DNA of 64,000 bases from Lytechinus pictus. Taxonomy: Eukaryota. The notes under the pieces are model-generated. The model was not told the DNA's origin. It saw only the letters and a list, made by a program, of their open reading frames with translations, and did not search any database. Below, in pieces: positions 25,540 to 37,874 of this stretch. The stretch lies in assembly GCF_037042905.1 (NCBI RefSeq), contig NC_087250.1:26042001-26106000 (forward strand), read 5' to 3'. Position 1 is the stretch's first letter; the number at the start of each line of letters is the position of its first letter. The position numbers were made by a program, and so were the translations under genes.

Positions 25540-25885
25540 ATGAATTATTCAGACTTAAGTAAATACAATTCATATTTACTCCTAAAGGAACGAGTAGTTT
25601 GACTTTCTTTGAGGTCAACTGGCAAGAGATTTCAAGACTTTGAGCCTTTAAAACTGACAGTTGTTCTTGAAAAATGATAAAAAGGTACATGCATTTTATT
25701 GGCATTTCTTGTGCTATTTTATTTATGTTGATGTTATATCCAAAGTATTCATTAAAATAATTTGGAAGCAATTGTTTAGAGTAGGAAAAAAATAATGCTA
25801 GTTGTAATTTATTTGTATCGTAATTATTCAATATTTTCAATTTCTTAAATAAAAGTTGAGTATGTGCTAAATAATTGGCATTAGC
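25540..25885 (-). mobile_element. L2/Crack-type LINE 3' fragment
   Basis: NYLAHTQLLFKKLKILNNYDTNKLQLALF...LLPNYFNEYF matches the HTxPLFKxLxIL C-terminal pattern of CR1/L2-group ORF2. Confidence 0.65.
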
Positions 25886-28800
25886 AATAACCCGTATTGC
25901 ACGTTTCTGTTATAAAAAAATAAGTTCTGTAATGTACCAAATGATATAAAGTTGCTCGCATGACGTCACAAATCAAATGATCAAAATTATCGTAAAACTT
26001 TTTTAATCTTTTAGGAATTTTTCTCAAATCTTCTGCTATTTCTACAATGAACTTTCTGTCACGGTGAACTTCCCCTATGTACACATAGCAAGGCAATGAG
26101 GCAATCATCGCATTTTTGGTGACTTCATGGAAATCGTATAATCGATTACGCAATAAATTATAAGAAAAATAGTACTTCATTCCTTTTCCAAATAACTAAC
26201 TGCGTATGTACATCTTTTTTAGAATGCTTTGTTTATTTATCTAAGTTAGAAAATCAATGTAAGAGAAACTATTACAAAGGATTAGCAATTATGATACTAA
26301 CCTGCTAAAATATATATTTTTTCTTTATATATTTAGTCTTAAGCATAAACAGTACGTAATTTGAATATAATAATCAAAATTTTGCCAGGCACCAATACTT
26401 GTTTGTGTGGTGTCATATATCGCCTGACCTTACTGTCGGATACGTGAAATTATGGAAGCGACATACATCTGAGCTGAACTTTACCAATTTTTGTTTGTGT
26501 CGTTATTGTTTTTACCGAAATTCCGACCAGTAATTGGTCGCTGAAAATCACCCAATGAGAGCGCGGGCTGCTATGACGTCATATTGAGTGGAGCGTCGAG
26601 GCCCAGTGGATAATGATAAAGTGAATGATTTATATAACATTTATCAGAATTCTCCGACTCAATATTCTTGGAATAATATTGATTCTTTTTTTTTACAAGA
26701 ATCATGATGCAGTTGAGAGCGCTCGTTGCTTTACACTTTACATAAGAATTATTATTACCCTTGTCAATGTATACTCATAATCAATTTTTTGGGGGAATGT
26801 TAGAAAATTTATGTTGTACATGTACTGTGATCTCCTATGAAATGGTTATTTACAATGGGGAATACGAGTCGCACATGTGGCCTCACAGAGAATGCTAGGT
26901 GCCTGTCAAAGTTTACTTTAATTTGGAAGTTTGATACAATTTTGCAAGAAATTAGAAAATTGTTAAACAGTACATAATTAACAAATACATATTTTTGCAG
27001 GTTAGTCCTATATTTATTGGTAATTGTATTGTCCGAATTATTTTGTTGTCACTTTTTTTTTTAAATGATTGATAAGTAAAAGTTTTGTAAATCTAACAAA
27101 AAAAAGAGAGCGTAATAAAAAAATGTAATCGATTATACAATCTCATTGTTATATTTTGATTTATGAATTCCAAAAATGCGATTGTTGCCTCCCTTCGCCT
27201 TGCTATCTTTACTCAAAGTATTATTATTTTTGAAATTTAAAACGCAGACATGAAGATTTCATGAAGATAAAAAAATTGAATTATTCCATGGACCAATAAA
27301 AAAAAAATTCTCTACAATTCAAAATACTTTACTCTGCAGTGCTGTCAAGAATCACGAATATTACCCCGAGTTTGAATAAATGGTAGAGTGGTTTTGATTT
27401 TTTCTTCACATAGATACAAAGCATTCGGCGCATTTTTGGTGTTTTAAAAGCACATTTGCTCTAATAAAATTGTTGATAGTTTAAAAACAAGCACATTAAC
27501 CCTTTTTTAATGTTTGTACCTCTTAGGTATACCTTCCTCTACAACTCTGCAAATTTTGGTGTAAATTGCATGGATTTTGAATAAGTGTAGCATTTATTGT
27601 ACGTTTGTAGTTTGTTACTGAAATTTTACATTTTTAAGATTGGGATTTTTTTTATCTTTTACGCCATTTTTAAGAACTGACAGTGCTGTTAAACCTTAAA
27701 TTGCAAACAAATAGCACTGTAAATAGATTATCCATTCTAACGATACAATCATTAACTCTCTTGCGAAATTTAATGTCTTTTTAATGCATTTTGACTGAGT
27801 ATTAGAGGTTTGAACTTATTGTAATAATCTTGGGCGGTCTAAAAATGCCAAATTCTTTTGAATACGCAATTCTTAAGAACACCAATTTGGGTGAACTTTG
27901 AAGCTCTATATCAAAAAATCAAGCACATGGACCTATGTTAATTTTTGCATATTTCGAATATTAAGGTTCTAAAGTATGTATGTGCAAAGTTTGGTGAAAA
28001 TGACATGGATTTCACTTTAACTGTGTAACGTCCTTAATGGACAAATTAAAACAATATTTACAAAATTTTGTCTTTTATAATCTATTGTCAATTTACATAT
28101 TATAATCCTTTTAGAATGCCCGATTGGCGATTGTCTCGCTTCTCTTCGCTTTCTTTGGCTTTCTGTTTGCCAAGGTATCGCTTTCATCTAAAGGATTCTA
28201 TTTTAAGAGGTTGAAAACACTGATGTGTTTGAGGATGTTATCTAATGGGGAAAAACAACATCTCTTTAATTGATTATTCTGTTTCCTTCTTTTTATTCCT
28301 TTAATGGCGTGACTGCGACCCGAATCCCAGAAAATCGAAAAGCTTATAGGGATTAGTATTTGAGACTTTTAAGACGCAGGTTTTAAGGGCCCGATAGTGT
28401 TAAGTGTAGTTATATTGGTGAATTATTGGTGAATTCTGTGAAAGCAAAAAAAAAAAAATATTTACTGCGTCAAATGCCTTCTTTTGTATCCCAATATGTT
28501 GAGATCAGTATAAAAGTATTAAGAAGCTAACCTTTTGTATTTGAAAAGTACGAAAGAGAAGCTCCAAAAACGCTTTTATTGTTTAAGTCATCCTACCTCA
28601 ATTTTTGCCTCCCTCTAACTTTTGTAAGGAGCACCTTCCCTTTTTAGTTGTCAATTCTTTTTTTATTAGCATCTGCAACATTCTTCTTTATAAAATGCGC
28701 ATGATTGAGTGTTTTCCTTACTCTGTTCGGTCGCACTCATAGCTGATTGTTATGCAGATAATCTTTGCGTTTAATCCAAATGAATTTGGTAATTACAAGT

Positions 28801-31129
28801 GAACTTAGCGGTTTCTGCCGTATACGTGTTAATTGGCGTTTTACAATTCTTATTTGTTATTTGGAATACCAAAGTCAATTTATTGAGACATAATCAAGAA
28901 TTTGAAAGAGTGTACGTGATGAGTGTCCCTCTCAAGATCAGCAACATATGACCATTAATTCTGGGATTTAAAAATTATTTTTCTCATGTTGATCAGGATC
29001 GCAAAAACACCGAACTTCAATAGTACCTCAAAAAGATGACGTAACAATCGTAAATATTGAAATTTGTAACGTCAAACATTATCTTACGCCTATTTGAATA
29101 TATGGCCATAGTACGAAAAAACAACAAAAACAAACGCTCATGGCGAATTGCTAGAAGATGCTCCCTGCCTTGATAAATGTGTCAATCGACTATTTCGTAT
29201 GCGGGGACCGTAATCTTTCCAGGACCATTCTATGGTATCGTGAATATTTATTTGAAGAAAAGAAAAAAAAAAGTCGACATATCTGCCGGCGGGAGTAATC
29301 CGATTTTTTTGGGTCAATTCTCTACCTTTATGATAGCAATTTTCTGTATTCGGTTGTACATTTTAAGTCAAGTATACGTCTCCACCCTAGATTTGAATAA
29401 GACCAGGGAAGTGACAGTTCTTAGTACACTGTGCATGATGACACCATAAAACATTCTATGATGTCTGTCAAAATGTCTGTAAAACGTTTTTTTACCAGAA
29501 AAAGAATCATATAAATAAACGAAATTTATATATAACATGTAAAGTACATTAATTAGCAAGTTATAATAATTAAAATATTTATATAGTAAAATGTAATTGA
29601 TTTTTGCCTTTAATCGTGCTTAAATGTAAAAAAAAATGAATTAAAAAAAAATATATATATAGCCCAAGCTTTTCTTGATAGACAAATCAAAACAATTAAT
29701 ATTTACAAAATTTTGCCATTGTAATCGATTGTCTAATTTACCTATTTTAATCTTTTTAGAATGCCGAAAGGCAAATTTCTCGCTTCTCCTCGTTCTCTTT
29801 GGCTAACTGTTCGCAAAAATATCTCCTTCCTTTAAGGATTTTTATTTTAAGAGGTTGAATACACTAATGTGTTTGAGGATGTATGCTAATTGAGAAAAGC
29901 AACAACTCTTTTGGCTCGCCCTGCATAATTGAGTCATTAAACTATTTTGATTAATGAATGAAATAGTCGGTACTAAGTACTTTCCCGTCTCTTATTAACT
30001 ATATCAATTTTATGTTCCAAGATAACACAGACAGGAGTAGCACCTAAGCAGAGGTAATGCGGGTGCTTGACAAAATGAAATTATTATGTATTTATTTTTC
30101 TAGTACCTCTATCAAATATCTAGAAATTATATATATCTTTTTTAATATGAATTATCGTGCTACTTTCTTTTTTAAGTCTATTGTTACAAAATTATTTTGA
30201 GTGTTATTTATTTTATTTTGAAAAATCTAGGTAGGTATAAATTTGACTGATTAAAAAAAATAAAATCCAAACAGGGTTGAAAGAATAACACCCTCTATAA
30301 TCGATTATGTAATTTCATTTCTTTTTCAAAGAATTGCTCTATGATCTTCGTAATAAAGAACATTATTCCTATGTTTTGTATATATTCAATGAACTTAGTA
30401 CGTTTCACGTAGCATTCAAATGAACCTTTCAGACTTTACCATAAAAAAGAACGGGGAATGAATCAGCCCCTTTCTTTCAGGTCTCGTGTAACTTTTGTGA
30501 CCAAACTTGTGACCCCGTGGTAACGGGTTCCGAAAATACGCAACATTTCGTAACAGCATGCAGATCCACAAATGCCCCAAAACATGAATTTGTGTACAAA
30601 TCTAATAATCTAAAGAAATCTAAAGAAAAAAGGGTTTTTAGACCAAATTCACTGTTGAAAATGTATCAATGTTTCTCCTTTTAATGATTAAAGTTAATTA
30701 TTTTTCATCTTTTTTGTGATAAAGTCCCATTTCCATTGAAAATATTTTCAAAAAGTCGAAAAACAAAGAAATCCATAAGCAATTTAAAAAAAATTAGATA
30801 GAAAAAAAAAAAATTATGATATTTACATTTTTTGAAGTATATTAGGTTGGAATTCTATAAAGCGTCTGCTGTGAAGAAAAAAACAATATTTTAAGGCCTT
30901 ATTTGATAAATTAGATCAAGCTTTCGATTATATGCATAAATTGGCATAATTTTAATGAGAAATTTGATTTTTTGTTAAAGAATTTGATCGTTCTATTGTG
31001 TAGATTATGTCATAGACAATGCGCGTGCCGATTTTTGTCGCGATCACGTGATCGACGGCCGAGATATAAGAACCTCGCTCTGCTACCAGTTATTTATCGG
31101 GCATTCAAATAAATGAAAATGCTGTACTA

Positions 31130-31810
31130 TAATTGTTCTCTTTTCTTCAATCAAATGTGTATTTCATTGTTTTGAGTTTTTTTTCATATTTCCTTCTATC
31201 CATTTCTTGTATTTTTTTTTCTTCTATCTTTTCTTATATCAATTCTAATATATAATTATGTATTGACTCATCTTTCATATTTTCTTCTATGTATTTCTTT
31301 GTTTAAATCTTTCTTTCATATTTTCTTCTGTCGATTCTTATGTATTTATTAGTTTTAATGTTCTTTCATCATAATTTCGTCAGTCAATTCTTAGGTATTT
31401 CCTTGTTCTTATTCTTTCATTATCTATCAATTCTCATGTATCAAATTTTGTTCCCTCCTTCCATTTTCTTTATGATTTGTTATGTATTTATATGTGTTTT
31501 AATTCTTCTTTCATCCTCTTTTCTTTCAAATCTTATGTATTTCTAGGTTTTTATGTTTTTTATCTCTTTTCCTGTCAGTTCTGTGTATTTATATGTGTTA
31601 ACTCTTTCTTTATCTTTTGTTCTATCAATTCTTAAATATTTCTTTGTTCTGATTTTCTTCTTTCTTTGGTCTATTAATTATTTTGAATTAATTCTTCTTT
31701 ATCTTTTTTTCTATGTATGTATTTCTTTGTTTTCTCTTCCTGTTTTCTTTCTATAATTTCTAATGTGTTTCTTTGCTTCATTTCTGTTATCATCTTCTTA
31801 ATCAATATTA
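31130..31810. repeat. Pyrimidine-rich (T/C) low-complexity tract
   Basis: Strong T/C skew with TTCTT/TTTTC motifs; produces spurious F/L/S-rich ORFs. Confidence 0.7.
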
Positions 31811-32347
31811 AGATATCCATGGGCAATTTCTCATATTTTCTTACTTTATGAACCCCACCCATTTTCACATTGGCATATGTCTAAATTTGGACGGAATATT
31901 AGAAACTGCCCATTGATGACAAGGTACCACCCATCAGATTCTTCAGTCAAAATAAGAAAAATGACAAAACTAAACCCAACCCAATCAATCTTAGACATAA
32001 ACAGCATGATTATAATCGATTCAAATCGAAAAATAACAAAAGGTAATTTATACTGTTAATGCCTTTTTTATTGAGAAAGTATCGAGTTTTATATTATCTT
32101 ATAATGAAAAAAAGATTATTGTTTATTCATTTTTGTCAGTAAAAGAATAAGAAGGTAAATAAAGACAATTTTACCATCCGTAATTTTTTTCACTAAGAAA
32201 ATTATTTTAAAATGGTAAATATATATTTATAGACCATGATTGACTGTGTACGTAACAATGCTGTTACGTGATTGGTTAATGTTTTTTTGTCAGGCCAAAG
32301 AACAATCGTCGGCTTCTTAGGCCAAATATTACAGTTATAACGTAATT

Positions 32348-33017
32348 TTAACCTATCTAGGCGGGGGGCGGGGGGCGGGGGGCTGGGGTGGGCTACGAGC
32401 CCCCCCTCAAAGGATCACGCAATATTTTTGCTCGCTGACCTTTTACTTTCAAGTCTTGCGCAACTTTTGAGCGTTGTGGCCCAGTGGATTAGTCTTCGGA
32501 CTTTGAAACAGAGGGTCGTGGGTTCGAATCCCAGCCATGGCGTAATTTCCTTCGGCAAGAAAATCATTCACATTGTGCTGCACTCGACCCAGGTGAGGTA
32601 AATGGGTACCTGGCAGGAATTCATTCTTTGAAATGCCACCACGCTGTAAAAGGCTGCGGGGCTAGAGCCAGGGTAATATTATCCAATTAAGCGCATAGGG
32701 ACGCATTTGGCAATGATATATTACTATTATTATTAATTTTGCGTCAAAAATTGGAACATTTGGAGCTCTATTTATGGAGTTAGAGGAAAAAAGTATAATT
32801 TCGCATGCTAATTACGCATAAATTAGCATAATTACCTAATGGCAATTCGCATGAACTAAATTACCATACAATATTTTAGATTATATCCCAGACAACCTGC
32901 ATGCCAATTTTCAGCGCGATCGCGCGGTCCACGGCCGAGATCTCAAGGGGGCCTCCCAGGCCCCCCCCCCCCCCGGCCATGTGAACTCCCAAAATACCCC
33001 GGCCTAGACAGGGTTAG
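32348..33017. mobile_element. piggyBac-like MITE, interrupted by a SINE
   Basis: TTAACCTATCTAGGCGGGG ... CCCCGGCCTAGACAGGGTTA; interior similar to ~30940-31070. Confidence 0.5.
32469..32735 (+). mobile_element. tRNA-derived SINE (SURF-like family)
   Basis: A box TGGCCCAGTGG and B box GGTTCGAATCC. Conserved body CACATTGTGCTGCACTCGACCCAGGTGAGGTAAATGGGTACC and a (TAT)n tail. Copies at 46240 and 61396. Confidence 0.85.
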
Positions 33018-34744
33018 AGGGATGCTCTGGGCTTCCGATTTTAATGTCTCCATGAGCAAAATGCCTAAAACTTGATCAAAATCAGGTAACAAATAACGGA
33101 GTAATTTGATTTTAAAGATTTGCATTTTTCCCGTGAAACAGTTCTAGGCAAGACTTCATGAATATTCATTAGGTGGGCTGATGATGTCATATCCCCTCTT
33201 GTTCTTTTGTATTTTACTATATGAAATTAGGTTTATTCAATTTTTTCTACCAGGAGCTAAAACGATTGGATTTACAACTAATTAGTTATTTTATTGATAT
33301 TATTGTTTTATTTATAATACCAGTCATTTCTTGCTGCAACTTATTTCATCATAATGGAGACACACCATTTACACATGTATGAAACAAATATGATTTCTTC
33401 TTCTTCTGGAGACAGTACTGGCCGCCGTCTGTCGTATTGTCGTACTGGTGAAGTGCAAGTGTACCTTCATCCTCCGATAAAAAAATGCTTACAGCGTGGA
33501 AGTAAAATCAACCACCGTTATAAACCGACTCAAGTCTTCATGTAATGACACAAGAAAAATGAAAGTGGGGATATGACATCATCAGCCCAACTAATGCATA
33601 TTCATGAAGACCTGTCTAGAACTGTTTCACCGGTATAATGCAAATCTTTAAAATTAAATATTATTATCCAATTTTGATGAAATTTCAGCATTTTACTTAG
33701 TGAATTTTACTCTATTTATTGAGATTTAAATATCTTCAGCCCGGAGCATTTCTTCAAAATCATATGAGCCTTTAACAGTTAAAAGAGCCATGCCACATTT
33801 ATTATGAATGTAATATTAAAAATGAAACTCTTTTGTATAAGATTTAAACACTTGTTTAAAACGTCTCAGTAACTCCTGGACGGTTCATGATAGTATAAAC
33901 CAATGTTGTTTAAAACAACAAACTGCGTTTTTTAGAGTGTAGTTATAAAAAACATATTTACAAAGCCTTGATATGAAAATAAGATAAAAGGAAGCAGCTA
34001 AAGTAAACGCTGACTTCGTCAGAATATATGTGAAACCAATGTTAATTGTTTCCATATCATGCTAGATCTAGACTCCGCACAGTTACATAAAGTAAAATGA
34101 AAGCTCAGCTGAAAAGCGATCATACTGATGATTGCTAACACAGATTACCACACGACAGTCGGACAGTGTATTATCATTGCGGGGTATTATTGGTTGAAAA
34201 AATTCCCAACATTTTATGGAATGCCATGCGTTTTTACGCTCATTTCTCAGCAATTAGAAAGTTTTTCACAGAATCATTCGGTACATAATTTTTTTTCATA
34301 TATAATAAACACTTGGGGGGTCATTTTGTTGAATTCTGTTCTAACTCACTTTCAAATCGGTACCACAACTGGTTTCACTGTACTTACGGATGTATATAGG
34401 ATGTAAAATGGAAAATAATCTTACCATCCGTTGAAAAACGTTTTGTCTCCGTTGTGTACTCTTTGTATACGTGTTTCATACGCTCTACATCCATCGAGCA
34501 TGCGTCCACTAGTGATTTTATAGTTCACCCATTTTATCCATTGTCTGGAGGGGATGAAAACAGATTGAGCCGCCCTGAAATTTTGCTTGTCTGTTGTATC
34601 CGTTAATGTGAATACGTCTTGTGTCCGTCGGCAAGTACAGTGAGACTACATACATAGCCCAATTAAAATACAATGGAACTTGTCAAAATTGATTTGTTTT
34701 TGAAAGATAACTTTCCGTTGTCCATTTGAAGAAAAAAAATTATA

Positions 34745-36220
34745 AAATATAATCTAGAAAGTCAAGAGGGGCCTAAGCTTTCGATCCGAGCAGAATCTTC
34801 GTCGGAGGCAAAATGACAAACATATAAAGTGGAACAACCATAATATAGACCACAGACAAGCTACAGCAACACTAGAGACAAGGAGACAAAAGGGGCATTA
34901 GTAAGTAGAGAAGACCAATCAGGTTAGTGAAGGGGATGAAAGAAAAGGAGTAGGCAGACACAAAGGGAAGTTAGTGTAAGTAAGGCCAGTAAAAGACCTC
35001 AAGCCAAGAGGGATTAAGATAATGAGGCAGGCAACATCAAACAGGATCTGGAACGAAACAGTGATAGAGGGTATGAGGAAGGGATGAATAACAATAGAAT
35101 TAGTGAGAGGTGGGTCAAACAGGTTACAAAGAAAGGCATAATAAACTGGTGCATAAGAGTGGGGGAAAAGGGAAAAGAATGGGGAACAACTGATAATGTG
35201 CAAAAGACATATAAGTATATATGATAAAGCATTAAACAAACTAAGAGAAGAAGGTAAGTGTAAAGATGTATCTATGAGTGATATGTATATAAATATATCC
35301 AAAAAAGAAATGTCTATGAAAAAATATAAATACACATATGGTGTAACTGATATTGTAATCCGCTATATAGGTGTGACGGGAAAAAAACATAAGACTATAT
35401 ATTAGAAGGAAAAAAAGAACAAAAAAAAAAAACAACTGTATATATGAAAAAGAGGAAGCAAATTGCCTAAAAAGGTAAAAGCAAATATAGAAGAGAGGGG
35501 GTGTATTATGAGGAAACCAAGTATACATGTTAATAAGCAAATGCTGTAAATCTAAAAGAGGTGAGTGGAGAAAAAAAAATATATATAATGATTATTATAT
35601 CGCCTGAATAAGGAAGGAAAAATTGGAGCTGAGCTTGTATGAGATATGGGAGGAAGGTAGAGGAAGAAACTATTCAAAAGAGCTGAGGGGAAAAAATATA
35701 TGTATATATAAATTGAATGTGGATAAGAAAGAATAACAGTCGTTCCCCTCTTGGATGTTCAGGCCATGAGGTTGGGTGGTTCGAAGTCGTCTCATCCAGA
35801 ACTTCTCTCTGCTAGTACGGACTGAGTCAGGACGGGTACCTAAAGATTCGATGCCCTGTAGCATCATGTCAGTGATGGAGTGCTTGGGGAGGTTAAAATG
35901 GCGGCCAACTGGAGTGTCCAGCTTTGCTGTGTTGACGGTGGATCCGTGCCCGTAGAATCGTTTCTTGAGTGTGGTCTTGGTCTCCCCTATGTATTGTACC
36001 TTACAAACTCTGCAAGTGATGAGATATACAACATTAGTTGTAGTGCATGTGATGTTGCCCTTGATTTGGTGAGACAGGCTGGTAGAGTTGCTGGTGAAAG
36101 TGTCGCCCTCGTGAAGGTGTATTTCACATATGATGCACCTGTTGCTGGTGCATTTGAAGGTGCCATGTTGTCGTGATTATGTAAGGTTAGGTATCTGAAT
36201 CTGAATAGTTGGGTCAGCAA
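34745..36220 (-). mobile_element. Penelope-like retrotransposon, 5'-truncated (Cys-rich linker + GIY-YIG endonuclease + 3' UTR)
   Basis: HGTFKCTSNRCIICEIH...ITCTTTNVVYLITCRVCKVQYIGETKTTLKKRFYGH...VGRHFN...REKFWMRRLRTTQPHGLN. A hammerhead-like motif lies at the 3' end. Confidence 0.9.
34771..34809 (-). ncRNA. Minimal hammerhead-like motif with altered core (CCGACGA)
   Basis: Minus strand GCCT-CCGACGA-AGATTC..GGATC-GAAAGCTT-AGGC; the core differs from CUGANGA at the second base. Confidence 0.5.
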
Positions 36221-36527
36221 AATGTCTTGGGAGACACACCCACGCTAACTTAGTGAAGCGAGTAGCGCAACGTGTGTGGCATTACTTTTATTGAAGTTTT
36301 TTCAGTTTTAATTTTCAAATGACTCCAGAGAGGGGCAATTTTCATGAATGAAAATCGATTAGGTACTTTTCCTTAACCTGTGATTGGTTGTGCTGAGGAG
36401 TATTATAATAAACATGAAGATAAGGACGATAATAATAATAATAATAATGATAACAATCACAGCGCGGCTCATGCCCGAGTGGAGCCAGACAATAGCTCCC
36501 GACGCTATATAACCCGTGCGCAGCAGC

Positions 36528-36712
36528 GTCTGGGCGTTGTGGCGTGCGCCTGTAATCCAAGCTATGCGGGGAATTGGAAGTTACAAATTGATGCAGAGGT
36601 TCGAGCCCTGGTCACGTCTTTCGGATGGTGACGTTAAAGGTCGGTCCCAGACTTAAATAATCATATCTGATTGATACACGTCTGACAAAACTCAAATACA
36701 CACACACACACA
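36528..36712 (+). mobile_element. 7SL-RNA-headed SINE, copy 1
   Basis: Head CTGGGCGTTGTGGCGTGCGCCTGTAATCCAAGCTA resembles the 7SL/Alu 5' end. Then a B-box-like GGTTCGAGCCC, a Deu-like GTCTTTCGGATGGTGACGTTAAA and a (CA)n tail. Confidence 0.8.
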
Positions 36713-36725
36713 GTCTTTGCTCATT

Positions 36726-36763
36726 GCCTGACGAAGTCTAGCAGCTTGCAGACGAAACGTCGC
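36726..36763 (+). ncRNA. Minimal hammerhead ribozyme in a Penelope pLTR fragment
   Basis: GC-CTGACGA-AGTCT..AGAC-GAAACGTC-GC; stem I is only ~2 bp in this copy. Confidence 0.55.
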
Positions 36764-37579
36764 TTTCCCACTACGTTTGCTACATCGTGAGACAACTGGT
36801 TATTTCTTCTACTCAACCCTTCACCACGATGAACCTCTTCCACATCAACAATAATAATATTGAAAATGAATATCTGATGCTAGCTGGTGAAGGAATACTA
36901 AAAAGAACAACGTTGATAATGATATTATAGGCCAACATGGCCAACGTAGGACGTCAAAACCATATGGACGAACTTTGAAAGGTCACATACTATAATAATT
37001 ACAATCCATGTAATCCTGATGTATGCCTTTTTCATGAATGAAATCAATTTCAGTCTTTGGCGTTGAGCTTAATAAATCATGTTTTAAATGTAATCCACTC
37101 TATTATGGGTGATGTCATGATTTGGACAATAAATTACGGATCTGGGGACTTTAATTTTTTTTTTCATAATATGCATAACATGCATGATATATATTCTTAT
37201 TTTTTATAATATGCGTAATATGCATGATATGTATTTTCTTTATTCAGATACAAAAAAAAATGAAAACTAAATTTTCCAATATGTTTCTTCCTCTATTAAT
37301 GTTGATAAAGGAGAACAGTTCTCGGAACTGAAGTGGCTACCCTGGGTAAATATACCGTTATTATTATTATCTTCAAGGGGAATCGTTGCGCAGCCTTTTC
37401 ACAAAGCCATTCGATAGACAACAGTTGGATATCTACAAGCAAGGCTGAACAAAAAACAATATTTACCCCAAAAACGAAACAAAAAATCCTGTACGATATT
37501 AGATTGCCCCAACAGTAAAGTAAAGTAAGACATCGCTGCACCGCATCTGCAAGTTATGTGCAACGTTATACAGATGAGC

Positions 37580-37874
37580 GCATGTCACGTGACAATGCAC
37601 TTCTTACCTCGTAAACTGTACGCCTGTGCTGTGTTGAAGCATAATAGTACTTGCCTGATGATACGTGCGGATCACGTGACGAACGTCCACGGCGGATAAG
37701 TGTGCGCGTGTGTGTGTGTGTGTGCAGCTTGTATGAATTTATGGTGAGCTCAACGCAATGCATTTAATGGACGTTCGCAATGCAATATATGTGCGCCATG
37801 GATGATGGCACCGCTGTCTTCTAACGTAACCGAATCCAACCTCATAACGCAAGCCATCGTCCATCCCTGATCGG
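37580..37874 (+). promoter_or_regulatory. Probable promoter and non-coding first exon of the TRIM gene
   Basis: CpG-rich patch with two E-boxes (GTCACGTGAC at ~37584, ATCACGTGAC at ~37671). Donor CGG|GTAAGC at 37874. Acceptor TTTTAACACGTAG at ~39263, just before the ATG. Confidence 0.5.

Noticed and set aside
36528..36575. Human Alu contamination, or a genuine 7SL gene
   Set aside because: Similarity stops after ~45 nt, the body is not Alu or the SRP S domain, and both copies are nested in native repeats.
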